The notes under the pieces are model-generated. The model searched no databases. It was given only the letters and a program-made list of their open reading frames with translations, and had not been told where the DNA came from. From Spizellomyces punctatus DAOM BR117 (taxonomy: Eukaryota): 64,000 bases of DNA. Below, piece after piece: positions 34,977-47,661 of this stretch; the first letter of the stretch is position 1; every line of letters starts with the position of its first letter. Position numbers and translations under genes: made by a program. Location: NCBI GenBank assembly GCA_000182565.2, contig KQ257451.1, one strand, 5' to 3'.

Positions 34977-37900
34977 TCAATTTGTTTCTTCTACTACGAT
35001 GGGTATGGATTGAACCATTCCGTTCGTGAAAATGATTCGGAGCTCGCCTTCAGCTATTATATGCAGGCGAGATTGTCCAGCTGTGGAGGTCGGTTTATCA
35101 GGCTGTGGTGAAATACTGGGAATTGAAGCGCTACCGTCAATGAAATCGCCCTTCGCCAACGCAGTAATCGAGTTGCGCTCTATTGAGGACGCGGTGGAAA
35201 GAGGACGCTCCACATCAGCCGCTGTAGGGGGACGTGCAGACATGACGGCAGACGCATTCACTTCATTGGTCGTATCAACATTAGCCGTCGAATCTCGTCC
35301 AATAATGGGTAGCATCATGGGCGACGTCATACTTCCACTTGCTGATTCGCCGACTACGGGTTTAGATTCGTCCCAGACTGAGCCAATCTTGGTGGCTTCA
35401 CCTGCATCCTCAGGTGCACCGGGGAGTTGGATCATGTTCTCCTCAGATGGATCATCCTGCATATTGGGAGATTCGGATACCGTCCCTGCCGTTTCGGTAT
35501 TACTTGAGGCTGAGTCAGCGGATGGATTCTCCGCATTTGGCTCCTCGGTAACTGCATCGGATGATGCAAGGAATTCTTGTGCATCTGGCTCCTGTATGGT
35601 CTGTCCGTCAGAAACTGCAGGCTTGGTGAGTGTTTCCTCTCGATCATCGTTCATAGATTCCGTCGCTCGACCTTGAGGCACCGATAGTCTTTGTTCCGTG
35701 TGTAGTACAATAGATGGGCGGGGAGAGGTCGACGTTCGCTTTACTAGTGACGGCTTTGCAACATTCGATGTACTGCAACGCTGTTCACTCGCCTGTGTTG
35801 AAGAGGGGATATATTGAACAGAAATTAAAAGTTGTTCCGTTGGCTTCAGCTCGAGCAGATTTTCGTTTAAGTCATCTATCCAATTATCGCTGATGTCAGT
35901 GCGGCCGCGCCGTCCAGTTTTGCTGATCTGAGGTGTTTTCTTGTCTCCCTTCAGTTCTCTTCGTACGAGGTTTGGTCTTACCGATGGTGACCCTTCAGCG
36001 GCCGTTACCATAAACACGCCTTTTGGTAATGCCTCCATTTTGAATGAACAAACGGCATCACTATGGTTCTGCAAGAACACGTTTACCGTCCTGCCTAGTA
36101 CACCTGGCGCTGTGCTCATTTGCCGTACGTGCCATAAAGATTGTTTGATACGGATGCGGTCACCTTGGTCGAGGCTCAAACGCGGCTCAATTGCACCGCC
36201 TTGTATATGGAGACGTGCTAAAGTCAAAAGATGGGCTACGGATATTGGTGGGGTGACTGCAGGTTTTGATTTATCGGAGGATGCGTTTGGTCTTCCTTGG
36301 CCGTATAATACTTTGCCGTTGGGTTGGATGTATCCAACATCCGCAACGACAATCGCGTCGAATGCCCCCACTTTGGCACTTCTGAAAAACAATCGTATCG
36401 ACGTAGTTTTGAAGGCATGTATTAGCAGAGACTCTGGAGACACTCCAAATATTCCTGCTGCATCTTTCTCCAACAAGTTTTCTGGCACTAAGATTTCTTC
36501 TGGGTTCGGCGTCGGGCTCCCCAACGGCGTGTGTTTAATGTAGACGGCCCAGTTCAGGACAATATCTCTTGGAGACTGGTTTTCAATCTGGATAATTTTG
36601 CTGTAAGCCTCTCCTTCAATTGAACGCTGTTCGCTCTGGTTCTCTCGGGGATAGACTCGGACGCCGTCTGGGCTAGTCCAGGTGAGATTCGTGATTCTGG
36701 TACCAAAATTGACTCTATCCATTGAATCCGGGGTGTCCCGCTTGCTCGCCACCAATTGAGCCCCGGAAAAGCGAACAGGCAAGCCGACAACTCCCAATCG
36801 GATAGGAAAGACCTGTCGAGCCCATCCGCTGACCTCGCATGTCAAATTGTCTTCATATGTGCCCACCAGATTGTTATAGGAGGTCACTTGTACGCGTACT
36901 GTTCCCCACGGGTCAATGATCCCACTACTCGGTGATGCATGGAAGGCTACTCCACGTCCCTCACGCAGGAGCAAGTGCATACGACGAATTAGTCGGCGAA
37001 CCTCTTTGATCTTTGAGATGTATTCCATGCCAGTTTTGGAACTGAAGCCTAATTTTGCCGGCTTGCTTGCCCGAAGCAAGCCTCTGGCGGAACTGCTGTC
37101 AACCGTGGACACGGATAGCCTGCGCTCGGTCGGTCCTGAAATAGGTTGCTCATTTGCAGCCTGTTCTGCGACCTCGGTCTCCTCCTCTTCCTTCAAGGCA
37201 GTTGCGGCGTACTTTTCCATCCAAACGCGGTAAGGGCTGGAGATGGCTGACCGGTTCCGAATAACCAATGTACCAGTCCTATTCGCAAATATAGGACATT
37301 CCGTCCCGAAATCGAAAAGCATGCTGCTACCGTCTATCGCTCTATCTATCATATGTTGGCTTCCATTCTGCACATCAAACACAACCTCTATTCCCCTGAC
37401 AGTCAGGTCGAGCTTCGCTCCTAGTAGACCTCCATGCTCAACCATTCCCTCCACAGTGCAGGCGAGCAGTAAGTCGCTCAACATTCCAATCCGGTGGCCA
37501 ATCACCTCGACCGTAATCTCCAAGTCCTCACCTCCCAGAATCTCTCCAGCCAATGGACGAAAGGTCACATGGTAATCGTTTGTTTTAATATTCTGCCATT
37601 TGAACTTAGCCGAGAGCATCGTCAGGTTTTCCATTACGAGCACATAGCGGAAGGGAACGTCTACGTAACAGGTAATCGAGTTAAGTGGGTTCATGATGGT
37701 CGCTCGAGGAGTCAGTACTTCCGCCCGCATTTCCACCACAGTGGCTGTGACGGTCCGCCTCACAGCTTGTGCTGCATTCGATGCATCGGTAGGCTCACTG
37801 TCTCGTTTGTCCATCACCGTAGATGCTTTTGCAAGAGGGTCAGCATCGACAATCTGACACTCGAGAATACCGCGGAAGCGTTGGCACCACACTGGCACAT

Positions 37901-40613
37901 AGGTAATGGTTATATTTTGCATGGAACCTGGCTCAAGGATACCTTCAGAAGGGTGATACATTAGATAGCAATCTTTTTCGAGATCCCCGCAATTTCGTTT
38001 ATATCCTGTTATACGCCAACTTAGTGGTACTGGCGCACGGCTGACAAGCGGTACCTGAACTGTTTTGTTGGATCCCAAGGCCAGTAATCCAAAATCAACA
38101 AGATCCGTATCAAATTGTAGGGATCCAGGTGGCAGGACCACTTTAGCCGCCAACGGTACTCTTAGCGTTGGACCGTGCGCAATTTTACATACTAGAGCAC
38201 CAGCAATATCGTCCGGAAATCCGCCGGTGCACTGAACAGTGATTGCACAACATGCTAATGCCCCAAGGTTCCCCGAGGGACGGGTCAATGCGATTTGCAA
38301 GGAACTGCTTTTAACATTCTCAATCTCCCACTCATATGCAATATTGGACACACTCAGGTTCGACAACTGAAAGCTAGTTGTGTACGAGGTTCCGGTATAA
38401 AGCGTATCCGGGATTAACAGGATCGGTGGATCCAGGTGGGCATTAAAGGGAACGCCTTGGCCGATACATCTGATCGATAATGCGCAGTCTTCAGTTTCAC
38501 TGCAATATTTCCGCCTGCTATCACATACAGTCTTTTCCGTAAGGCGTTTACTATTGTGAAGGAGTAAGAGGTTGCCGATGACGTCGTAATGAACAATACC
38601 GTCTGGCTTGAATATGACCTCGAAAGTCATATCTCCATTAGGAGGAAGCCATCCTCTTGGAGGCACTATTTGGAAGGCAGTCTTGGATTGTGATGTAGAT
38701 ACCCCTTTGGGCTTCGTATGAGCGGGAATATCGAAGAGGTTCCAAGTAAAGGGCAGACGGAGCAATGTTCGGTTCCTGAGTGTCAAGAGATAGGTGGTTT
38801 TCGCATGTGGGTTTTGCGCTTCAAAATCGAGTGATACATCACAATCAGTCGACTGTGAGAGCGCATCTCCCTCAACCTTCCCGTAGTCGGGTAGCTGAAT
38901 CCCAGCGACCTGAATTGCAGGATTCTGCGCCAAGCCAACGATGGGCAACTCTGACACTTGGCAGTTGTCGCAAATAAGTTTGAAAACGACTTTATCATGG
39001 CGTCCCATTTCGTTTTTATCTTCCTCCTCAATATCGGGGGGAGAGTAGCGAACAATAATTTGGCCAGTATCTCCGTTCTTTACCTCAAAAAAAGACGGGA
39101 AGATGGCAAATGGGCCATGGGACGCCATTGCGTACATCTGCGACTCTTTCAGATTGTCAAATGCTTTAAATGGATCTACCTCAGCGTGATCGGGGACGAT
39201 AAGAAACCGCCCCGGCCCTCCTTCGTTCTTGAAATCCCACACTCGAATATTCTCGTAGCTCGCACGACTGGGTCCGCAATTAAGCGTCTTCGGTAACGTT
39301 AATAGAGGTGCCTCTCGCTTTGCGATCACCGGAACGTCGAATATCGCTCCCATTTCCGTTGAAACAATGAATCTTTGCGAAAAATTCGCCAATGAGTTGG
39401 GCTTGAATATCACTTTGTACCGGAGACTCATGCCAGGAGCTACAAGGCCGTTTGTACCGTGGTCTGCTGGAGCTTCAATAAGCGTAACTGAAAAGAACGG
39501 GGAGTGTGTGTATGGTGGAGGTGCACTGAGCCGAAAACGACGTGAGTTTTGGGTAGTATTCTTGATGATTACCTCCTTCTCATAAGTGTGATGTGGTTGG
39601 TAATCGGTGAAAAAAACGGAACCGGGAATCGCTATGATTCCAACATTCTTCTCTGAAGCCTCGGCAGCAGGGTTTACGACTGAGAGAGCATCCGCAGGTG
39701 CCGTTAGATGCTTGGGCGCTCCTGGTGGTATGAATTGTGGAACTTTGTGGCCTTCCGAGAGTATTCTCTTCATCACCTCCTTCTTAGCGGGAAATCTAGG
39801 ATTGTTCAGATATTTTACCCGCGATTCCATGCACTCTAGTATCTTTAATTCCTCATCTGTATAGGGACGCATGGGATTCACGGGGGCAGATTGCATCTCC
39901 TTCACCGGTTCAAGGGCTCCAGCTGGTCCATCGATAAATTCAGAGTTGATCTCTAGTACTCCAGGTTTCTCTAATTCGGTAGCTACGGGCTTGCGCGCGA
40001 TCCATGTGTGATTGAACCCGTTGTCTGTTCTCCGGATATGGACTGCTTTTAGCTTGGGGGGATGCAGCTCACTGTGAAGACCCTCTTTTGTTGAGGTTAA
40101 TTGCCGTTCGCTATCTGGTCTTCCACTTTCCCACCCTGGTCGACTCCCACTGTCCTCTTCCTGAATGTCATCATGAAGAGACAACTCAAATTTCCTACCG
40201 TCAGACTGCGCCGGCGTCTCCTCCGGATATTGCCGCGCTTCCGCAACCCGCAAGGAAGGACGCGAATCTCCACTCGTGTTCTCCTCGAATGCAGCAGGCT
40301 CGTCCTCTTTACCTTTCCGACGGAATCCAAGTAATTCCCTGCTAAAGCCCTTCAAGATCTCCGCTCCTCGCTCCTGCCCGGGTTTCTTCTCTAGCGCTAC
40401 AGATCTGGTGCGTACGAGTAAATTCTGTCCGGAGATGGCACCGCGAAGGGCCGGCAGAGACTTTGCTTTTATTCCAACGTTGAATGTTTTGGATTTTAGT
40501 TGAGGAAGTTGCGGGAGTTCGGCGGCTTGGAGCGATGGACTAGGCGTGTCTCTTTTTAATGCGAGATAATCCGTCAATTGGTCCTGTATCGTATCTAATT
40601 GAGGTTCTGACAT
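34977..40613 (-). CDS. DLEC1: DLEC1/CFAP81 (FAP81)-like flagellar central-apparatus protein with ASH/Ig-like domains
   Basis: One ~1880-aa ORF with YLNNPRF, GLVAPGMSLRYKVIFKPNSLANF, FKNEGGPGRF, LICDNCQ, LRNRTLLRLPFTW, VDFGLL, GVAFHASPSSG, YNNLVGTYEDNL; repeated beta-sandwich (ASH) pattern. Confidence 0.82.
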   Translation of the reverse strand: MSEPQLDTIQDQLTDYLALKRDTPSPSLQAAELPQLPQLKSKTFNVGIKAKSLPALRGAISGQNLLVRTRSVALEKKPGQERGAEILKGFSRELLGFRRKGKEDEPAAFEENTSGDSRPSLRVAEARQYPEETPAQSDGRKFELSLHDDIQEEDSGSRPGWESGRPDSERQLTSTKEGLHSELHPPKLKAVHIRRTDNGFNHTWIARKPVATELEKPGVLEINSEFIDGPAGALEPVKEMQSAPVNPMRPYTDEELKILECMESRVKYLNNPRFPAKKEVMKRILSEGHKVPQFIPPGAPKHLTAPADALSVVNPAAEASEKNVGIIAIPGSVFFTDYQPHHTYEKEVIIKNTTQNSRRFRLSAPPPYTHSPFFSVTLIEAPADHGTNGLVAPGMSLRYKVIFKPNSLANFSQRFIVSTEMGAIFDVPVIAKREAPLLTLPKTLNCGPSRASYENIRVWDFKNEGGPGRFLIVPDHAEVDPFKAFDNLKESQMYAMASHGPFAIFPSFFEVKNGDTGQIIVRYSPPDIEEEDKNEMGRHDKVVFKLICDNCQVSELPIVGLAQNPAIQVAGIQLPDYGKVEGDALSQSTDCDVSLDFEAQNPHAKTTYLLTLRNRTLLRLPFTWNLFDIPAHTKPKGVSTSQSKTAFQIVPPRGWLPPNGDMTFEVIFKPDGIVHYDVIGNLLLLHNSKRLTEKTVCDSRRKYCSETEDCALSIRCIGQGVPFNAHLDPPILLIPDTLYTGTSYTTSFQLSNLSVSNIAYEWEIENVKSSSLQIALTRPSGNLGALACCAITVQCTGGFPDDIAGALVCKIAHGPTLRVPLAAKVVLPPGSLQFDTDLVDFGLLALGSNKTVQVPLVSRAPVPLSWRITGYKRNCGDLEKDCYLMYHPSEGILEPGSMQNITITYVPVWCQRFRGILECQIVDADPLAKASTVMDKRDSEPTDASNAAQAVRRTVTATVVEMRAEVLTPRATIMNPLNSITCYVDVPFRYVLVMENLTMLSAKFKWQNIKTNDYHVTFRPLAGEILGGEDLEITVEVIGHRIGMLSDLLLACTVEGMVEHGGLLGAKLDLTVRGIEVVFDVQNGSQHMIDRAIDGSSMLFDFGTECPIFANRTGTLVIRNRSAISSPYRVWMEKYAATALKEEEETEVAEQAANEQPISGPTERRLSVSTVDSSSARGLLRASKPAKLGFSSKTGMEYISKIKEVRRLIRRMHLLLREGRGVAFHASPSSGIIDPWGTVRVQVTSYNNLVGTYEDNLTCEVSGWARQVFPIRLGVVGLPVRFSGAQLVASKRDTPDSMDRVNFGTRITNLTWTSPDGVRVYPRENQSEQRSIEGEAYSKIIQIENQSPRDIVLNWAVYIKHTPLGSPTPNPEEILVPENLLEKDAAGIFGVSPESLLIHAFKTTSIRLFFRSAKVGAFDAIVVADVGYIQPNGKVLYGQGRPNASSDKSKPAVTPPISVAHLLTLARLHIQGGAIEPRLSLDQGDRIRIKQSLWHVRQMSTAPGVLGRTVNVFLQNHSDAVCSFKMEALPKGVFMVTAAEGSPSVRPNLVRRELKGDKKTPQISKTGRRGRTDISDNWIDDLNENLLELKPTEQLLISVQYIPSSTQASEQRCSTSNVAKPSLVKRTSTSPRPSIVLHTEQRLSVPQGRATESMNDDREETLTKPAVSDGQTIQEPDAQEFLASSDAVTEEPNAENPSADSASSNTETAGTVSESPNMQDDPSEENMIQLPGAPEDAGEATKIGSVWDESKPVVGESASGSMTSPMMLPIIGRDSTANVDTTNEVNASAVMSARPPTAADVERPLSTASSIERNSITALAKGDFIDGSASIPSISPQPDKPTSTAGQSRLHIIAEGELRIIFTNGMVQSIPIVVEETN

Positions 40614-41365
40614 CCTTGTGGTTCCTCTGGCTGCAGGCACCAATCAACTTCCAAGGCTTGACAGATAACCAGTGGTAGCTAGTAAAACATGGCTTAAGAA
40701 GTCATATGCATTCAGTTGAAAGCTTTCGAATAGATTCCGATGAAAATTGATGGACCTTGAACGAGATTTGCTTATGTAATCGGTTAGGAAGATTTCCGCT
40801 CTATGATTGCGTTTCCTTTTACCTCAATAGGACATCACCCGAAGTCTGCTTCCATTAGGGAATTGATGATGGGGCAATGTTCAGATTATGCTCCCAAATC
40901 AAATCAGCAGCACGTATCACCGATGCATGGCAAGATCAGAGTTCCATATGACATAAGGAACTAGCCCGCACAGTACTGTCAAACAGTGATATCTCTTTTG
41001 TTACCCTCAGCTCTAACTCTCAACAGCTTATATCCTTGCACACGTAGTTTATCTTACTGGACCTACCTTGACATCAGCTAATATATGTACTTGCGGAAGC
41101 TGTTCTCAACCGTTATTGCAAAGCCATGATGCAAAACATATTAGGCCAGTCCATTCTGCATCCACTCTAAACCAGAAGAAGAAATGCGGACGTATCTATT
41201 TTGCACCGGATCTTTGTGACAAAGCGTTTGGGGCAATCTGCCAGTCTGTTGGTGAGCTTTACTGCACATACTGTATTACTGACGCGAACCTAAGCCACAT
41301 TGTCGCGCTTGGTAAGCTCGAACCAGTGAAGGCGGCCTCATCCAATAGTTTCTTGCAAAGTAACC

Positions 41366-42440
41366 ATGTCCGATACTCACTACGTGCCTAATCCTGCTTT
41401 GAGTGCCTCCCTCGCTAACGCCCTAGAAGCAGCTGCCGAAGCAGACAAACGCGATGCTCGGGAAAGTCCACCACCTTCCCGTCCACCACCGAAACCAGCT
41501 GGCCGGAGGAAAAAGGCGTACAAAAGCACCGAGAATCTGTCTCGAACGCTCGGAAACGATGGTGACAATGTTATAGACGCAACACCCGAAGAGACTATCC
41601 ACATTGCGGAGCCATCGGCAGGAATTAGGAGCGGCGGGGAAGCGTTTTCAAATATGCCGGATAAGTTGCAGCCAGAAACGGAGAAACGCGCTCGCAAATC
41701 ACGGCGGCATAGAGACGCTAAACAAAACGATGAGGGACCTATGATGGCAAGCTCGAGCCGTAGCCGTAGTGGATGGGAACTTGGCGGTCGTGAGGCTTCC
41801 ATTGACCACGAGCCAGAGAATGGAGGGTTTATGATGAGGAAGAGTGGTAAACAGCGGGGAGGATTTGTTGACGATGCGGATGATGGTGATAATAAGGCGG
41901 CAAATCTTGAGAACCTCAAGTAAGTCCAGTTTGTTTCAGCTATTTGTTACTGATAACCGCAACCGCATGTCAACTGTCAACTTGTAGAAAACACACCACC
42001 GTCGGAAATGGAGGCACCGAGGAAGCTGGTGGGAGATGCGTATGTCGTTTTTTATTGGGAATATCCTGCTCATCGTTAGCACTCAATTGTTAGTTATTAT
42101 GATCATCCCTGACCTTGATGACGTCCAAGATGACGAGATGCTCACAACCGTCGCTGCGGCACCTGCAGTGAAGGTCAATCGCTTCAAAACTATCAAAGAG
42201 CTAGACGGAGATTTGATGGCTAGCACTGGGCAGTTGGTGGAGGTAAGTATTATTGATGCCCCAATTTGACGGAGGGTAATTGTGACGAAGATGCTTTCTT
42301 CTTCATTGCAGCCCCCTACGTCGATCGGAGGAATCGATGTATCACTTTTGGTATCCATAGCTCTCGTGCCTCCGGACCAAGTGATAGAACCGGATATACA
42401 CTGGGACTGGGAAGTGATTTTTACAGAGGTGATGAACTGA
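41366..42440 (+). CDS. IFT43: Intraflagellar transport protein 43 (IFT-A)
   Basis: IIPDLDDVQDDEMLTTVAAAPAVKVNRFKTIKELDGDL and IDVSLL...LVPPDQVIEPDIHWDWEVIFTEV are IFT43 signatures. About three introns. Confidence 0.9.
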
Positions 42441-42782
42441 TGCATTCATCGTCTTATCATGAAAGTTCTAATAATCAACCACCTATCCCTGTAGGTAACG
42501 TCCGACCTTCAACCACCACTGACAAATACGGACCCATGACATATTTTACGCAATCTTACGCAAGGAATTACGGAGATTCTTTTCATGTACATTATATGTA
42601 TCATCGTGGTTATGTCCTGTTCAATAGGGCCAGTTGCATAATTTCACCCAACAATGCCGAGGACACTGTGGTTGTTGCAGCAAGGGTAGCAGCAAAATCA
42701 AGTACGGCATCATGTTGCCTCACTATGGCCAAAAGCATTACGAATGACACTATAAATCTTAAACGAAATGTAGAAGAAACAA

Positions 42783-45700
42783 TTATGATGTGGGAACGCC
42801 CTTCATCCCTCTTACTGTTCCTGACAGATTCTCCCTTCGTCTCGGGGCCGCGGGGTCTGGCTTCTTGCTCTTATCCTTCTCGTCCATAAACACCAAGGTT
42901 CCCTCCCCACCGCCTTTACCAGGTCCTTTGTTGCCTTGTTCAGGAGGAGGGAGCGAGTCCCGCCCTCGGCGCTGCCGGCCGCCGGGCCCGGCATCATTGG
43001 ACCCGAATGCTTTCCCTGTTCGTATCGCTGATATAAGGTCATCCAAACCGCCTTGATCTTGATGTTCCCCGCCCGCTTTGGTGCCTTCTTTGGACCCGGG
43101 GACGGCTTCACGTTTCTTTCGGCGTCGATCTTCTCGATCCTGAAGGAGTGACAAATTGGTAAATAACAGTCACAGACTGATATTCTTTTTTTAACACATA
43201 AAAGACTGCTATCCGTACCCTCTTCTCTTTCTCCTTCTTCTCCTCTTCAATCGCCTTCTGTATGGCCATTTCGTTGTCCAATTTCGCCTGAGTAAATCCT
43301 TGGCAGAACTGCCAAAAGATTCCGAAGAACTCTTCGGGGGTAATGGTTTTTGGATCCTCGCCGTAGAGCGTTACCGCGCTCTCATACTTTTTTTCCGTAA
43401 CTTTGAAACGCTCATCCAAGCTTACATACGCCTTATCGGCTTCTTCGTAGAACTGACCCATGACCTCTCGGAATTTGCTGCTGGAAGAGTTGGACAGTTC
43501 AGAACCGCTAGACAAGCGTTTGTCCTTCTGCTCATCTTTATCCATGGCTTCTAGGAGCTGCTTCAACTGCTGTATGTTTTGGCGGAGGGTCATGAGCGTT
43601 TGGCGGATCTGTGGGATCGTGACTGTCGAGGACCATATGAGCACCGGAAAACTAATCTATAGCGATCGCGATACCATGAGCGTGACCCACCTTTTGCTCC
43701 TAGTTCAACATGGGCCAGGTCCTCCTGGAATCCAACAACATCCGGGAACTTCTTCTCCAATAGCTCTGTTAGATAGTGAAGCAATGTGTGCTTACGTCCC
43801 TGGACACCGGATCGAGTATCACCCATCTTGTAGAAGCGGAAGGATTAAATTCATAAGATACACTGGTTGTAGCAACGTCCGCAACATGGTTTGCAATCGT
43901 ACCTTAAGGATACTGTTCAGTTTGAATCCATACGCACCGCCACGCTGTCCAGTATTCATGTAATTACCCAGAGCTAAGATGATCTATCCCAAATAGCGAC
44001 GTTAATATGCGGAGAAAATTGCCCACGCCCCACCAGATGTCATGTAACACCCTCAACCTACTTGCAACAATTCCTTGAACTTCTTGCTGCTAACCACTTC
44101 CTCACTGGCAGACGTCAACCAGGCAATCAGCGCCTCGGCATCATCTTGCAGCTCCGAGAAGCTCGTCTTGAAGTGCAAGGCTTTGAGCTTTGACTCATAC
44201 AACGTAATCTCCGAGACCTCGTACAAAAATCTTTCCGCGCTCGCTAGGCTGTCTTTCTGGTCCGCATACTCTTGCATCATGCGCAGTTCTTCATCTTGCG
44301 GAATGAACTTCATCAGCTCATTGAGAGCGTCGCGGTTCAGGGTTTTGGTATCGACTGTGTTTATGGCTCGCTTGATAGTTTGGGCATCAAGTTTAATGGC
44401 CTTTAGCACGATATTGCAACCCTGAGAGCGCTTTCCATCCAAGAACGAGATTTCCTTAGCTGCCACACTTTCATGACTTCCAGCCATCCCAGCCTCCTTA
44501 TCAGACTTGCCAAGTTTGCTTTCTTTTGCGGCAAAAAGATCTTCAAACTCCTTATATACGTCATCTTTGAGTTTTTTGTGGACACCTGCATCATCAAGGT
44601 CGCTCCATACGGTCTCCTTGACTTTTGTATTTGGCATCTTGGTCCAATTAAAAGATTTGAGAGGCTTGGAGGACAGATTTGTCGGCTTGGCAGGTGGACC
44701 GGTTGGTACAGGTGCAAAGCCAAATGCTCCTCCTGGTGGTGGAGGAGGGCCCGGCGGTCTCGGGCCACCTCCCGGCGGTGGTGGGGGTGGGGGTGGACCA
44801 CCCATTCCAGGAGGTGGAGGTGGTGGTGGGGGGCCCCCCATGCCGGGCGGAGGCGGAGGTGGAGGTGGACCTCCCATGCCGGGTGGAGGCGGGGGCGGTG
44901 GTGGACCTCCTGGTGGTGGTGGAGGTGGTGGAGGCCCACCTCCAATACCAGGGGGTGGAGGAGGCGGTGGTGGACCACCCATGCCGGGTGGTGGTGGCGG
45001 GGGTGGTGGAGCACCACCAGTTGCCATTGCGGTAGTTGCGGGAGGCTATAATATGGAATGTTTAAGTAGTCTATCAAGAAGCCGTAAACCAAGAACAGCC
45101 CACGACGGACCATTCCCGCATCCCAGTTTTTCGGGCCGAGAGCTTTCTCTATTCGGGCAATGAATTCCGGACCTCCATCCAAGTTTGATATTCGCTGCTT
45201 CAACAAGTTTTCCAACTCAGCAATTTCCTTCTTGGCTGCAGCAAGCTGCAGGGTTGCCTGTTTTGCATCTTCGTCCTTTCCTTCTGCCGATTTGCCTTGA
45301 CCATCCTCTGATAGATTTTTTAATAGAAAACGAAAACAATAAGTAAATGCTCTGACACACAGCCGGTTGCAAAAGATAGCGAGCATGACGCACTATGTCC
45401 AGTTTCTGCCTTCAGAGTTTCCAGCTCTTTTTCCAACCGTTTGCTTTTTTCAATTTGCTTCCTATACTTATCCTCCTGTTCACGGATCTTGTCAGTGTCC
45501 AGCAATTCTGCAACCATCGCCCGAACATCAAGATCCGCAAGCATGGCAGCAGGGTCGGGGTCTTCAGAATCGCGCTGGAGCACAATCTGTTGAACGACTT
45601 TGTCGATGATAAACATAAATTTCATCCTGGGAAGCAAGGGTTAGCCAATGTATCGTTTCTAATCATATACGGTGAGGAACGGCACCTTTGATATGACGGC

Positions 45701-47298
45701 TTTTGAACCAGAATCGGTGCTTCAGAACAGACATATACGGCGCGTAGCACGTTGAGAATTTCATCGTTTCCGACAGTGCTATGGCTACTTCTTCTGCATT
45801 ATCCCAGTCCAATTGCCCCTCCACATCCATTTTCATGAAGACCTCCTCCTCATCAGCCTCGAGTCCCGCAACCCAGACATCGATTTGCGTCTGAAGCAAC
45901 TCGTTTTCCAGTGACCCTATGCTCTGTGTAGATGGGGTCAGACTAGTCTCTTGACCGGTAAGCATAGCAGTTACTAACGTCAATCAAGCGATTCAGGCCC
46001 AACTGTATGAACTCATAGCGCATGTGCATTCGGAAATCCAAGTTGTATCCGGCCCCTCCGCAAATAACAGCATTTATAAAGGACATGCTAGCAACCTACA
46101 GAATAGGAAAGCGATAAGAAATTATGACCGTTTTAGGAGACAGTGTGATGCTTACCTGCAAATCCTTATCATGGGCAGTCATGCCTTGACAGCTTTGCCA
46201 AAGGGTATAGACAACAGCTTCAAACCGAAAACGGGTCTTCGCCTGCGTACACAAGTTGTCCATGCCTTCCAGAACACATTGGTGGCCACCGGGTATCAGA
46301 CAGACTGCACCCAAAATTTCCAAAACCAATGCTTTCGTTTTTGGGGACGGCGATTGTAAAGAAAGCGCTATGATGTTGAGGGCACCTTCGCTGTCAAGAA
46401 CAGCCGACAAACCAATCTAGATTCTATCCAATTAGTTCTCTGCCCAGTAACCCGTTCGATGATACTGTTACCTTGTTGTTCATCAAAGATTTCAGGCACT
46501 TGATATACAGCTCTTCAAATTCATCATGTCTAACAAGCAGTTTTTGGTATAGATAGATGCATGCATCAGGGACCTCTCAAATGTACCTGTTTTGTCGGCC
46601 TAGTGCTCCGAGATTCTCCAGAAGAATATTGAGTCCACCATTCTCAATGAAGTTACTAATCCATCTAATTGGCCGAGAACGCAAGGAAACAACGAGATCT
46701 GTCAATAGCTGCTTATCAGGATTGTTTCGTAACCGTTGCAGCTCTTGGTCTTGCTGCATATCACGCGCCGCGCCATCTCGATATCGTTCTCCCAGGTGTT
46801 GTTGCAGCATGATCCATTTTCGATCATTAGGCAATAAGCGGAGGACCTGCTTTTTGTCCTCGGTCAAGTTCAAATCTTCCTATAGTGTCAAACCACCCAA
46901 AAAGTGAATAAGACACATTTTATCCATATAAGAAGGAAAGTCCTGGGTACCATTAGGAGCTCCAGCATGGTTTCGATTTCTTCAATTGGAGGTGTAGGAA
47001 GATCAGAAGGTGATGTGGTGGTCGGGGCAGAAAAGCCCAAAGCCGCCGATGCGGACACGTCCCCTCCCTCCGATGCACGACCCATCGGCACTGATATAGG
47101 ACTGGACGTTCGCTCAATAGTAAGATTATCTGTCGAAACCTGACGCAAATGGCTCGAGCGGATAGTTGTGGAGGTTTGCCGTTTGAGCTCCGCTTGCGAG
47201 CCGCTCTTATTCAAGTCGCGCTTCATACCCGCCGCGTTCTGGCTCGGGGGGTCTTCCTGCGGGGCGGCGAGCTTTATCTGGCCCTTGCCGCCGCCCAT
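42783..47298 (-). CDS. Diaphanous-related (DAAM-like) formin: GBD/FH3-FH1-FH2-DAD
   Basis: GBD/FH3 ([44 protein letters not shown]); poly-Pro FH1; FH2 ([46 protein letters not shown]); [17 protein letters not shown]. The true start may lie in an upstream exon. Confidence 0.93.
44725..45015 (-). repeat. FH1 poly-proline coding repeats, ([11 protein letters not shown][M/I])n
   Basis: About seven GGN/CCN-rich tandem units encoding P7-8 tracts inside the formin. Confidence 0.9.
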
Positions 47299-47661
47299 CA
47301 GGTTCCCGATACTGATTTTGTTCTTCAGCTTGAATCAGTTCGCTAGGGAGTTCCTTCCCAAGAGCGAGTGGACGTTGGTGTCCTCGCCGATCTGTAACTA
47401 GGGTCAACTTCAAAGTGCTCTACTGTAACCTTGTACGGAGGGGCAGAAGAGACTCTGAAAACTTCCGGAAATATTTCGTTTATAGTTAGGCACCGGGTTT
47501 GCTGCAAACGCCGTGCGGAAGTTGTTGGATGATGTGAAAAGTGTTCAAACCCTTGTTGACAGTGCTAGAACCCATGCTTACATACGTCGCGCCACGTGAC
47601 TGCTTGAGGATTTGGCTCGGTTGCATTCTGGATTGGATTTGAGGTTACTCTTCTTTTGGAC

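Noticed and set aside
42266-42889. 207-aa plus-strand ORF
   Set aside because: Non-ATG start, overlaps the last IFT43 exon and the formin 3' end, and has no recognisable motifs.
44403-45386. Overlapping Trp/Arg-, Gly- and His-rich ORFs
   Set aside because: They are alternative-frame or antisense shadows of the formin FH1 poly-Pro repeats.
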